A stretch of DNA of 64,000 nt, from contig OY771555.1 of assembly GCA_963674785.1 (NCBI GenBank), forward strand, positions 1,120,001-1,184,000. Direction: 5' to 3'. The translations under genes and the position numbers were made by a program. The stretch is from Caldisericia bacterium (GTDB lineage: Bacteria > Caldisericota > Caldisericia > JAAYUI01). Below are positions 8,645 through 18,231 of the stretch, in pieces. Position 1 is the first letter of the stretch. Each line of letters begins with the position of its first letter. The notes beneath the pieces were generated by a model. The model was not told where the DNA came from. It saw nothing but the letters and a program-made list of their open reading frames with translations, and did not search any database.

Positions 8645-11600
8645 ATGATGAAAAAAATCCTGACTACAGCAGTGGTTGTCTTACTTACAATCGGAATGCT
8701 CTACACTTCTATTGGCACAGCATTCGCAGAGGTTGGACCAGTTCACGTTGAGATGAATATCACCGGCGAAAGACTTGGTTCTGCAAGAGCAAACACAGTA
8801 ACAGCCTTCAAAATTTATATGAGACTCAATGTGAACATTGAAGTTCACGATTGGATCAAAATGTGGTTTCCAATCGATGAAAAATCGTGTGATCCAGCGG
8901 ATATTTGTGGTGAAGAGCTTACCATAAAGGGTCAGAAAGAAAGCCCAAGATTTGTTCCAAACGATGAGTACTTCAAAAAATATAATAACGAAGAAGAAGA
9001 GAAGCTTGGAAAGATTTATGAAATCCTTGATGAGCACGAAGTAAATACTCGATTTGGTGAATGCCAGAAGTGCGAAGAGCCAGAAGGCAATTGTCGTATT
9101 GTTGAAGATCCTTCAGGTCTTGGTTGCTGGCTTATGGGTACAGTACTTCCTGCAATCCCAAGAGATCAGTCAGACAGAAAAGAAAGAACAGCACAGATTA
9201 TTCATACAACCTCAATTGGATACTCACCATGTAGTGAGTGCCAGGGTTACCCACTCATCATTCAGAACTGCAACGAAAGATCATATCAGGTAAACTCTCC
9301 AGTCGGAGTTGAGGCATGGAGACAGGGATACAATCCAATCGATATCAATACTTCAAAAGCAACTGGAATTGTTACACCTGCAACCCCAGGCAGATATAGA
9401 CTCAAGATTGCAACTGCTGGCGAACCAACAGCTGTTGAGTCAGATTCATTTGTTCTTCCATGTTCAGATATTATGAATCTTACGGCTGAGCTTTCACCAA
9501 CCGACCTTTCAGCTGATACAAAACTCACATTCGACTTTGATGTAGGCGAAGGTGGAGCTCTTGATGCTGGTAACTCACTTATCATGATCCAGTTCCCAGA
9601 GGGATTTGAGCTTCCAAGAAGAATTAATCCAAGATATGTCAAAGTAAATGGTATTCCACTTAAGACCAATCCACAGGTTGCTCTTCAGTCAAGCAGGGTA
9701 ACAATCGTTTCATCTGCAAACGTTGATAATACAGAACATGTTACAATTGAATTTGATACAAAAGCAGGAATCGTTAACCCATCAAGATCAGGTCAGTTTG
9801 AATTCTGTCTTTCAACAAGTTCAGAGCCAGAAAACATTTGTACAAATGTTTTTGTTGGTACAAAACCAAGTGTTACAGTCACTCCTCCATTTGAAGGAAC
9901 ACCATCAGCTTGGAGCGCGGTTGGACTCGTTAGTGATGGAGTAACAGTCTCAGGTGGTAGCGATGTTGTTATTATCTTCCCAAGTGGAACAGTTATTCCA
10001 AAAACAATCGATCCAAAAACAATCAAACTTAACAAAAAAGAGTACTCAGGAAGTGTTTCAGTCAATGCAACGGAGCTTACACTCAAAGCCGCAGAAGACT
10101 TTGAAGGAGCATTAAGAATCGAAATCTCAGAGGCAGCAGGAATTCAGAACCCACCAAAAGGTGACTATGAACTCAAGTTCAGAGTAGCTGACAAAGAGCA
10201 TGTCTTTGAATCATTTACAATTCAGGCTTCAATTGCTCGAGTAATCAATCTTTCACTCACAGAAACTCAGGGTTATGAGCCAACAGAATACAAATTTACA
10301 TACGTCCCATCAGTAAATGGTGCAATCGCCCCAGGTGAAACTGTAACTATTTCCTTCCCAGACTCCACAATTATGCCAGAGTCAATCGATACATCAAAAA
10401 TCACAGTTGCAGGCGTCGCTGTAAAAGATGCAAAAATTGATGGAACAACTATTACATTAACAGTTGATGCTGATATTCCAGCAATCACCGGTGCCGAGAT
10501 TGTTTTTGCCGAAGATTCTGGTGTACTTACACCACAGATGGCAGGAACCCATAAACTCATTGTTTCAACTGACAAAGATGAACCAGCAGAGTCAGAAGGA
10601 TTTGGTATCACACAGCCAAAACTTCTCACCGAACTCAAATTCCTCGACCCTGACTCCCCAGATGGATGCAACGGTTGGTACAAGACGCCACCAGTACTTT
10701 CACTCAAATGCAGAAACCCAGACGCAAAAATCAGACTTTGGTACGATAAAGACCCAGTAGAAAAAGCAATTATGTACTCAGGAGAAAAGAGACTTGCACC
10801 AGGTTCACAAAGACCAATTATTCACTTCCAGGCTATGTTTGGAGATGAGCTTGAAGAACCAAAGAGTGCTCAGCTCTTCCTTGATACAGTTGTTCCAGCA
10901 CTTGAAATCAAAGAGCCATCATCAGAAAGTCTTGTTACAAAAGAAGACAAGTTTGTTGTCAAAGGTGAAAGATACTTCATCGAGATGCTTACAGACGGTG
11001 GCCCATCTCACCAGGTTGCAGATGGAGTACTCATCAAGGTTAATGATGGAGAATACACACAGATAATTGAACCAGAAATCTTTGCAGTTGCTGACAGAGA
11101 CAGTGTTGAGTCAGAATGGGAACATGAGATAAAACTTGTTGAAGGTGAAAACATTGTCACAATTCTTGGTCGTGACCAGGCATGTAATGAAGAGACATGG
11201 GTCAGAACAATCATCAGAGACAATACACCACCAGCAATCAAGATTGTTGAACCAGCAGATGGTGCATCATTCCCAGAATATGAAATCGTAACTGTCAAAG
11301 TTGAAACAGAAGCAAAAGCCTCAGTCTTCATTAATGGTGCAATCGCATCAGTTGTTGAAGAAAAAGGTGATACAGCAATCTTTGCAGCTGACGTTGACCT
11401 TGAAGACACCGACATGAAGGTTGTTGTTGAGGCAAAAGACGTTGCAGGTAACAGTAGCAAAGAAGAGATCACACTCAAGGTTGCTGCCCCAACAACAAGA
11501 CTCAAACTCTGGGTCAATACAGCCAAGTTTGTTGTTAATAATAAACAGGTTGCAGACTTTGATCCAATGCCAACAACTCAGTCACCACCACTTCCAGCAA

Positions 11601-11923
11601 AACTTGCAGGTAACACATACATGCCAGTAAGAGCAGTCTTTGAAGCACTTGGTGCAACAATTGGCTGGGATGGAGACGAAAGAAGAGTTGATGTTACTCT
11701 CGGTGATATTTTCCTTCAGTTATGGGTGAACAACTCTGTTGCAAAAATTAATGGAAAAGAAGTCACAATTAAAAGTGTTGACGGTAAGACTCTGCTTTAT
11801 CCAGCAATCGTTGCGGATAGAACAATGCTTCCACTTAGATTTGCATGTGAATCAGTAGGTGCAGACGTTAACTGGATTGCTGATGAACAGGCAATTGAGA
11901 TTGTTTATCCATCAGAAAAGTAG
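8645..11923 (+). CDS. Large secreted surface protein with Ig-like repeats and C-terminal stalk domain
   Basis: AGGAG plus ATG 8645, signal peptide, repeated I.FP....P..I...I.NP...G modules, D.AGN Ig motif, RTMLPLRF. Confidence 0.75.
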   Translation: MMKKILTTAVVVLLTIGMLYTSIGTAFAEVGPVHVEMNITGERLGSARANTVTAFKIYMRLNVNIEVHDWIKMWFPIDEKSCDPADICGEELTIKGQKESPRFVPNDEYFKKYNNEEEEKLGKIYEILDEHEVNTRFGECQKCEEPEGNCRIVEDPSGLGCWLMGTVLPAIPRDQSDRKERTAQIIHTTSIGYSPCSECQGYPLIIQNCNERSYQVNSPVGVEAWRQGYNPIDINTSKATGIVTPATPGRYRLKIATAGEPTAVESDSFVLPCSDIMNLTAELSPTDLSADTKLTFDFDVGEGGALDAGNSLIMIQFPEGFELPRRINPRYVKVNGIPLKTNPQVALQSSRVTIVSSANVDNTEHVTIEFDTKAGIVNPSRSGQFEFCLSTSSEPENICTNVFVGTKPSVTVTPPFEGTPSAWSAVGLVSDGVTVSGGSDVVIIFPSGTVIPKTIDPKTIKLNKKEYSGSVSVNATELTLKAAEDFEGALRIEISEAAGIQNPPKGDYELKFRVADKEHVFESFTIQASIARVINLSLTETQGYEPTEYKFTYVPSVNGAIAPGETVTISFPDSTIMPESIDTSKITVAGVAVKDAKIDGTTITLTVDADIPAITGAEIVFAEDSGVLTPQMAGTHKLIVSTDKDEPAESEGFGITQPKLLTELKFLDPDSPDGCNGWYKTPPVLSLKCRNPDAKIRLWYDKDPVEKAIMYSGEKRLAPGSQRPIIHFQAMFGDELEEPKSAQLFLDTVVPALEIKEPSSESLVTKEDKFVVKGERYFIEMLTDGGPSHQVADGVLIKVNDGEYTQIIEPEIFAVADRDSVESEWEHEIKLVEGENIVTILGRDQACNEETWVRTIIRDNTPPAIKIVEPADGASFPEYEIVTVKVETEAKASVFINGAIASVVEEKGDTAIFAADVDLEDTDMKVVVEAKDVAGNSSKEEITLKVAAPTTRLKLWVNTAKFVVNNKQVADFDPMPTTQSPPLPAKLAGNTYMPVRAVFEALGATIGWDGDERRVDVTLGDIFLQLWVNNSVAKINGKEVTIKSVDGKTLLYPAIVADRTMLPLRFACESVGADVNWIADEQAIEIVYPSEK

Positions 11924-11950
11924 TTTTTAAGTAAGAATTTTCGATATATC

Positions 11951-11980
11951 AAACCCCCTGGAATTTCCAGGGGGGTTTTT
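11951..11980 (+). terminator. Intrinsic terminator
   Basis: CCCCCTGGA-att-TCCAGGGGG followed by GTTTTT. Confidence 0.85.
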
Positions 11981-12072
11981 CTTTTTGTGATTTTACTTTT
12001 ATGTCCCCTTCTATCTATTGCTTAGAGGTCTTGTTCTGAAGATAATGGTTTTATGTGAGAGGGGGTAGTTTT

Positions 12073-14559
12073 ATGAACAGAAACTCAAAAAAGCTTTTTA
12101 TAACAATAGTTGCAATGTTATTAGTTTTTTCATTCTTATGGATTGATACCACTAGTGCTGTTTTAGGGCCTGTCACTGTTGAGCTTAACTCCCATAGAAA
12201 CTTCAGTTCTCGAGCAAACTCATTGAATGATTTTACTATTAGGTTCCGATTCAATGAGGATATAAAAAAGGGTGACTGGTTAAAGGTCTGGTTTCCAGTC
12301 TCTGAGGCTGGGTCATCCGCTGATTCAATTTGTGATGATATAGGTAAGGAATTTGAGTACGGGAATACGTCAAGACTTGTAACCGATAACACCTTTTACA
12401 AAATCACAAATAAAGAAACCGCTGAGATTGAATATCTGACTTCATCTGGTTGTGAAGAATCAGAAAGTAGGTTAAAAAATATCCTAGAGGTCGATAAGAA
12501 AAAATATCTACTTGGGACAGTTCTGCCAGATATGCCAATAGATGAAAAGGATCGCCAATTTATTCTTTCTGCTACTCACCAGTTTTTTATCGGGTATAGC
12601 GGCTGCTGGTGCGGCTATGATGTTTATCCTATCGTCACCCAGACATGTGATGAGAGATCAATAAAACACTTTAGTCCATATCATTTAGAGTCTTGGAGAC
12701 AAGGGTACAATCCAATGGATTTCAGTATTTCTAAGTTTTTTGGGGTAATTTTTCCGGCGACTCCGGGAAGATATCGAGTTAAATTTGCAACTGAAGCCGA
12801 ACCAACTCCAGTTGAATCTGATTCTTTTGTGCTCCCATGTTCAGAGATATCTAAACCCAATTTCTTTTATTATTTGAATGATGAAGGCGAGATTACAAAA
12901 TATAATGTTGAATTCAATGTCGGTGAGGGTGGTGCTCTTGATAAAGATTCATCAAAAATAATCATCGATTTCCCAAATTGTTTTGAGGTTGCAAAAAAAT
13001 ATACGTTATCAAAATACTTCACAGTAAACGGAGTCCAGGGGATTCGTGAGGATTCGAACTTTGAATTGGACAAAAAGAACAATATCATTTCATTTGTTAG
13101 CCCCGTTGATGTCAATAACAATGGTCATGTAGAGATAGAAATCGATGGGAAGCTTTTTGAAAACAAGTGTGAAGAGCCATTTTCTGTTTTTGTATCAACA
13201 ACTTCTGAACCAGAATTCATCGAATCAGAAGCCCTTGAGGTAAAAGAAAGGGAGATTGAAACAACTCTCAAAATTATTGATGAAGAAGAAAAACTTGGTT
13301 GCGATGGGTGGTACAACGAGCCAATAGAGATAGAGCTAGCTTGTAATAATCCAGATGTGAAAGTCTATTACTACTTTGAGGGCGGTGAAAATGACCCCCA
13401 CGAATATTTAAAACCAATTTTTATTGATGATGAGTGTAGCATCATTGATTTTTACTACTACTCAGAAACCGATGGAACAAAAGAAAGCCCAAACCATAAA
13501 AGAATTATGATTGATACCTCAAAACCCGAAGCATCTATTACCTATCCAACAGAGAATCGAGTGTATACAAACAAAAAAGTATTTACATTCAGAGGTGAAA
13601 TCTTTGCAGAAAACATAGAAGAAAACGGAGAAATCAAGAATCAATACTTTGATTCCGTGACAATCGCTCAGAATGGCTCATCAAGAATAAGTGTTATTTC
13701 AAAGGGAGAAATGACATCTTTTTATGAAGATAAGATGGCAAAAGAATGGGAATACAAAGTTGAATTGATAGACGGAACAAGTGTTTTTGATCTTAAATAT
13801 ACGGATCAAGCTTGTAACTTAAGTTTTACTCCAGTATTTAAAATTACCTATGATATTACTCCGCCAGAGTTTGTGGTTCTTGAACCAAATGAAAACACTA
13901 TTATTAGGGAATTTGAAGCTTTTAGGGTGAAAATTGAAACCGAGCCTGATGCAAGAGTTTTTATCAATGGAGAAGAAGCTGATGAGCTTGTCGACACATC
14001 CACAGAATTAGCTTGGTTTTATAGGGATATTGAGATGACAGGGATTGAGATGGTTATCGATATTAAGGTTGTTGATAGGGCTGGGAATTCAGAAATAAAA
14101 GAATATATGTTGCAAGAGTCTGATACCCGGACAAGACTCAAACTCTGGGTAAATACCCCAAGATTTAAAAAAAATGGTGAAGAGATGCCTGAACTTGACC
14201 CAAAACCAGTCAACACTTCTCCCCCACTCCCTCACGATCTTCATAACAATACCTATATGCCAGTAAGAGCTGTTTATGAAGCACTTGGGGCAACAATTGG
14301 TTGGGATGGAGACGAAAGAAGAGTTGATGCAACACTTGGTGACATCAAAGTTCAGCTTTGGATTGATAACCCTGTTGCAAAAATAAATGGTGTCGAGAAA
14401 AAGATTATTGGTGCCGATGGTACTACAGTTCTCTATCCAACGATTGTTAAGGGAAGAACAATGCTTCCACTCAGATTCGCATGTGAATCAGTTGGTGCCG
14501 ATGTTAACTGGATTGCTGATGAAGGTGCGATCGAGATTGTTTACCCAACGGAAAGATAA
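12073..14559 (+). CDS. Paralog of 8645-11923 (shorter stalk-domain surface protein)
   Basis: Shared WRQGYNP.D, PATPGRYR, VESDSFVLPCS, VGEGGALD and GC.GWY motifs, and a closely similar C-terminal stalk domain. Confidence 0.75.
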   Translation: MNRNSKKLFITIVAMLLVFSFLWIDTTSAVLGPVTVELNSHRNFSSRANSLNDFTIRFRFNEDIKKGDWLKVWFPVSEAGSSADSICDDIGKEFEYGNTSRLVTDNTFYKITNKETAEIEYLTSSGCEESESRLKNILEVDKKKYLLGTVLPDMPIDEKDRQFILSATHQFFIGYSGCWCGYDVYPIVTQTCDERSIKHFSPYHLESWRQGYNPMDFSISKFFGVIFPATPGRYRVKFATEAEPTPVESDSFVLPCSEISKPNFFYYLNDEGEITKYNVEFNVGEGGALDKDSSKIIIDFPNCFEVAKKYTLSKYFTVNGVQGIREDSNFELDKKNNIISFVSPVDVNNNGHVEIEIDGKLFENKCEEPFSVFVSTTSEPEFIESEALEVKEREIETTLKIIDEEEKLGCDGWYNEPIEIELACNNPDVKVYYYFEGGENDPHEYLKPIFIDDECSIIDFYYYSETDGTKESPNHKRIMIDTSKPEASITYPTENRVYTNKKVFTFRGEIFAENIEENGEIKNQYFDSVTIAQNGSSRISVISKGEMTSFYEDKMAKEWEYKVELIDGTSVFDLKYTDQACNLSFTPVFKITYDITPPEFVVLEPNENTIIREFEAFRVKIETEPDARVFINGEEADELVDTSTELAWFYRDIEMTGIEMVIDIKVVDRAGNSEIKEYMLQESDTRTRLKLWVNTPRFKKNGEEMPELDPKPVNTSPPLPHDLHNNTYMPVRAVYEALGATIGWDGDERRVDATLGDIKVQLWIDNPVAKINGVEKKIIGADGTTVLYPTIVKGRTMLPLRFACESVGADVNWIADEGAIEIVYPTER

Positions 14560-14589
14560 AAAATCCCCTCACAGATTTGTGAGGGGATT
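14557..14589. terminator. Intrinsic terminator between convergent genes (U-tract on the minus strand)
   Basis: AATCCCCTCACA-gatt-TGTGAGGGGATT. Confidence 0.8.
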
Positions 14590-14601
14590 GAAATTTAGTT
14601 C

Positions 14602-17600
14602 TTATTCGCAGTCAACAATTGTAAATTCATCAAGAATTACGAGTGGTGACCCGGGAACTGATGCCGTTCCACAAACCCTAACACATGTGCCTTCCACTAA
14701 ATCAGAACAGATGATACCGAGTTCTGCAGGAATATAGACCATTTTTCTGTTACCTGCACTAATTCTAATTACAAGCATTGTGCCTGCATCTCCAGCACCA
14801 ATTCCACACTGGATAAACTCAATCTCTCCTGTGAAGCACTCTCTTTCAGGTTCAGCGCACGGGCATTCTACTTCCTCCGATGAGATCATGTAGAATTCAT
14901 TGCCCATGATTATTCTAGTCTCATCACCTGCGTCGATTGGGGTTCTAAATCCACAGAATCTCCAGCATTCTCCAACCTCTATATCTGGATTTAAAATTGA
15001 GTCTCCATTTGCCATCATTACCGACCATGTATGCCCAGTCCTATCAAACCCTCTAATTCTACTACCAGTGGATGTGATTGTGATACAGAGACAACCGGGA
15101 ATCCTTATCTCGCATGGTTCTTCGCGTTCGGTCATCTCCATGACTCGAATTTCAGTTTCACCCGTTCGATACATTGCAATAGTTCCACAAACCTCCCAGA
15201 ACTGGCCTTCCGCGATTTCTTCATAGCTTGTGGGTTCCATGTCTTCAAGATTGAGAGTAATTGGTATCGGAATCCCATATGTTCCAGAAACAGCATTTAC
15301 GGTTGGCGGAGTTGTTGATGTGTCTACGGTATCTATTTCAAGACAAAGGCATGTGTAAGGTGGAAGCTCAACACATTCCACAGGTGTAACAGAGATAACA
15401 TCCATCTCCTCTTCACCACTGATTCTAACCTCGTATTCTCCAGGGCTGGTTCTGTTTCCACAAACTGTGTAGCAGTTTCCAGGAACAAGGCTGTCAACGA
15501 GGGTTGGGTCGTCATCAAAGTGAAGTGTCCATCTGGTATAGCTAAGGTCATGTCCTGTTGCGAAACTTTCTGTTGGATCCTCAAGAGTTGTTATGTTATC
15601 AATTTGGATATAGGTGCACATGGCTGTGCATGGAGAATCAAGCGGTAAAGCTGATTCGACTGCGATATGTGGGATAGCTGTACTATCCGGTCCTCTTGTG
15701 TATGTGAATTCGCCACATACTTCCCAATATGAACCTTCAGTAAATCTTTCACAGAAGGTAGTCCTATCAGCTTCAAATGTCAAAAATACATCATTCCTGT
15801 AGATATCAACTGCATTTACAGTGAGTGGGTCAGAAGTACAATCGGATGATACCACCTGAATACACATGCAACCGGTGATCGTGTCAGATGGTGGGCATGT
15901 TATGATTCTGATGTTTTTAGTTTGGATAACAGTTCTGTCCTCTGTTTCTTCTGTTATGAATCCACAGGCAGAGATGCACATCCCTTCAGATAATTCTTCA
16001 CATAAAGTTGGGTCTGTCAGGTTGAGTCTGTAAACATCTTCTTCATTTGAGGTACTTGTTCCGTAAACGACAGGAAGTGCTGAATCACAATTTACTCGCT
16101 CAATTGTTATTTCAACACAAGTTGAATCTGGGCAACAATCTTCATCTTCGATCCTCCACATCCGGATTGTTTTATCATCTTCTTCAAGACAGAAAGATGC
16201 ACATCCGGTGTATGTTTCAATTGTCTGTGTTCTTCCTATGTCATAGTGGTTATTTCGTGTAGTCAGTATTCTGTCCCAACCACCGCATTCTGAGATGAAA
16301 ACGGAAGTGTAACTTCCAGTTTTACTCATGGTTGCGTTTATTTCACCTTTGATCCAGTTGCAATTTGTTTCACATGGCTCTTCTTGCGGAGTGACTGATG
16401 TGACCTGCATTGATATTCCTGTTAAACCCAAACCTTCATGTGTTATGCGGGTTACTTCTCCACAGAATTCATAAAATCTGCCGATTTCAATTTCATCACA
16501 TAAATCTGGGTTTTCTGAAAATCCGAGATTCCACATTTTCCCCTCAGGGTCAATTCCATTGAAGTTCCTGCAATCACCTCTTACGATTTCAAGACAAATA
16601 CACTCAATAATTCTCTCTGGTGGAGGGGGTTCTTCGTCAGAACAGCAATCCGCAAGGTCAGGTAGAGCAATCCATCTGACAATTACTCCATCCTGATTGA
16701 TACAAATGTTTGCACATCCTTCAAAATCACTAATCTCGATTCCTTCGAGCATGTCAGTCATATTTGATGATGCAGAATATGTCTGGGGGCCGTCTTCACA
16801 GGTTTCCACAGATACAGCATATATCCTCATTGAACCAGTCACGAAACTCTGAACATCTGTTATCTCTCCAATTATCCAGGTGCATCCCTCGCAGGGACAA
16901 GGGCAGTCTACTTCTGTGAAGCTTTCTGCTGGCAGTAGTTTTCGATCAGCAAGAGTAAAAGTCATAACCCCGCAGAACTCGTAACATCTTCCGACTTGGA
17001 TTTGCGAGCATGTATCAGAATCTGTCTGGGGAAGACTGACAACATAATCAATTCCAGTACAGGTTTTACCCATCACCAGAATTCCCTCATCAGAACACTC
17101 TTTATTTTCAACCTGGATACAGACACAAACCTGTTCTGGCATGATTTCTTCTTCACAAATATCCTCATCTTGTGGAAAAGCTTCCCACTTTGCAAGATCT
17201 CCAGATTCTCTGAAACAGAAATTCGCATTCCCTGAATAAGCACTCAACATATCTTTTGAGTTTTCCGCTTTCAGGTCGTCTTTCAGGTAGATAATCCTTT
17301 TCTTTCCACCGCAAAGCTCGACAAAAACATCAAAAAAGCTATCCTGAGTAACTGATGCTAGGTAATAGGTCTTCTCTTTCTCTAGAACTCTTCCCGCAAT
17401 CCACTCACATTTTCCACATTCTGGATCATCAAACCTAAGCTCAACAGTCTTAGTATCCCCATACCATCTAATATCATCTGGTCCTGTTGCACCTAAGTTC
17501 TCTGCAACAAACCTCATTGGTAATAGTGTTCTTCCATTCTCAATAAATGGAACTACCTCTGGATTATTAGGGTCAATCTGTATAACCTCACCATTTATCT

Positions 17601-18219
17601 TTGCATCCTTATTACCAATCTGCAGTTCTATTCTTGTACCGTCTCTTGTTGTAACAACAACAGTCTTAGAAGTACCAACCCATTCAAGCATTGTCCCTGG
17701 AATCTCTTCTGTAACATATCTTACAACAAGGAATAGTCTTGAATTAACATTAACAGGAGGAGTATCCATTGGCCCCTTCTGTTCCCCATTTGCAAAATAC
17801 ATCACATTATCCTGCTGATACCTAAGCACTAACTTACACTCATCAGGGTCAGGTTCAGTATAACAAGACGGAACAGCACATGCTTCATTGCTCCTTGCAA
17901 ATTCAGCAGCATCAGCTCCTAAAGCAGTCACATAGTAACAATACTCCTGACCATCTTTTATGTTAATCTCATCCTTAAAAGAGGTCTCCATTATAGGAAA
18001 ATCAAGTAGTGGTGTCTCAAACTCTTCACCTGCACCAAACCCCCTATAGATGAAATACTGTGTAGCACCAGCAACCTCATCCCAAGAAAGCATGTTAAAC
18101 CCACAGCCTGGTGTTACCTCCAGGTTGAAGGATGACTCCTGGGCGTTCATCCCGCCAATTCCGAGCATTGAAAAAACCAAGACCAGACCAGTAAGAACCG
18201 ATAAAAGTTTCCTTTTCAT
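14602..18219 (-). CDS. Secreted protein: FN3-like domain, stalk domain and 11 Cys-rich beta modules
   Basis: GGAGG plus ATG 18219, signal peptide, FN3 pattern (LSW..V.GA..Y.IYR...YCYYVTA...SNE), RTLLPMRF, repeated G..(Y/W)..CG modules. Confidence 0.75.
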   Translation of the reverse strand: MKRKLLSVLTGLVLVFSMLGIGGMNAQESSFNLEVTPGCGFNMLSWDEVAGATQYFIYRGFGAGEEFETPLLDFPIMETSFKDEINIKDGQEYCYYVTALGADAAEFARSNEACAVPSCYTEPDPDECKLVLRYQQDNVMYFANGEQKGPMDTPPVNVNSRLFLVVRYVTEEIPGTMLEWVGTSKTVVVTTRDGTRIELQIGNKDAKINGEVIQIDPNNPEVVPFIENGRTLLPMRFVAENLGATGPDDIRWYGDTKTVELRFDDPECGKCEWIAGRVLEKEKTYYLASVTQDSFFDVFVELCGGKKRIIYLKDDLKAENSKDMLSAYSGNANFCFRESGDLAKWEAFPQDEDICEEEIMPEQVCVCIQVENKECSDEGILVMGKTCTGIDYVVSLPQTDSDTCSQIQVGRCYEFCGVMTFTLADRKLLPAESFTEVDCPCPCEGCTWIIGEITDVQSFVTGSMRIYAVSVETCEDGPQTYSASSNMTDMLEGIEISDFEGCANICINQDGVIVRWIALPDLADCCSDEEPPPPERIIECICLEIVRGDCRNFNGIDPEGKMWNLGFSENPDLCDEIEIGRFYEFCGEVTRITHEGLGLTGISMQVTSVTPQEEPCETNCNWIKGEINATMSKTGSYTSVFISECGGWDRILTTRNNHYDIGRTQTIETYTGCASFCLEEDDKTIRMWRIEDEDCCPDSTCVEITIERVNCDSALPVVYGTSTSNEEDVYRLNLTDPTLCEELSEGMCISACGFITEETEDRTVIQTKNIRIITCPPSDTITGCMCIQVVSSDCTSDPLTVNAVDIYRNDVFLTFEADRTTFCERFTEGSYWEVCGEFTYTRGPDSTAIPHIAVESALPLDSPCTAMCTYIQIDNITTLEDPTESFATGHDLSYTRWTLHFDDDPTLVDSLVPGNCYTVCGNRTSPGEYEVRISGEEEMDVISVTPVECVELPPYTCLCLEIDTVDTSTTPPTVNAVSGTYGIPIPITLNLEDMEPTSYEEIAEGQFWEVCGTIAMYRTGETEIRVMEMTEREEPCEIRIPGCLCITITSTGSRIRGFDRTGHTWSVMMANGDSILNPDIEVGECWRFCGFRTPIDAGDETRIIMGNEFYMISSEEVECPCAEPERECFTGEIEFIQCGIGAGDAGTMLVIRISAGNRKMVYIPAELGIICSDLVEGTCVRVCGTASVPGSPLVILDEFTIVDCE
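17423..18133. repeat. Direct repeat copy 1 (711 bp; FN3 plus stalk cassette)
   Basis: Matches 21068-21778 at offset 3645. By eye, 17423-18048 is identical and the remainder has 5 mismatches. Confidence 0.95.
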
Positions 18220-18231
18220 TATTTCCTCCAA

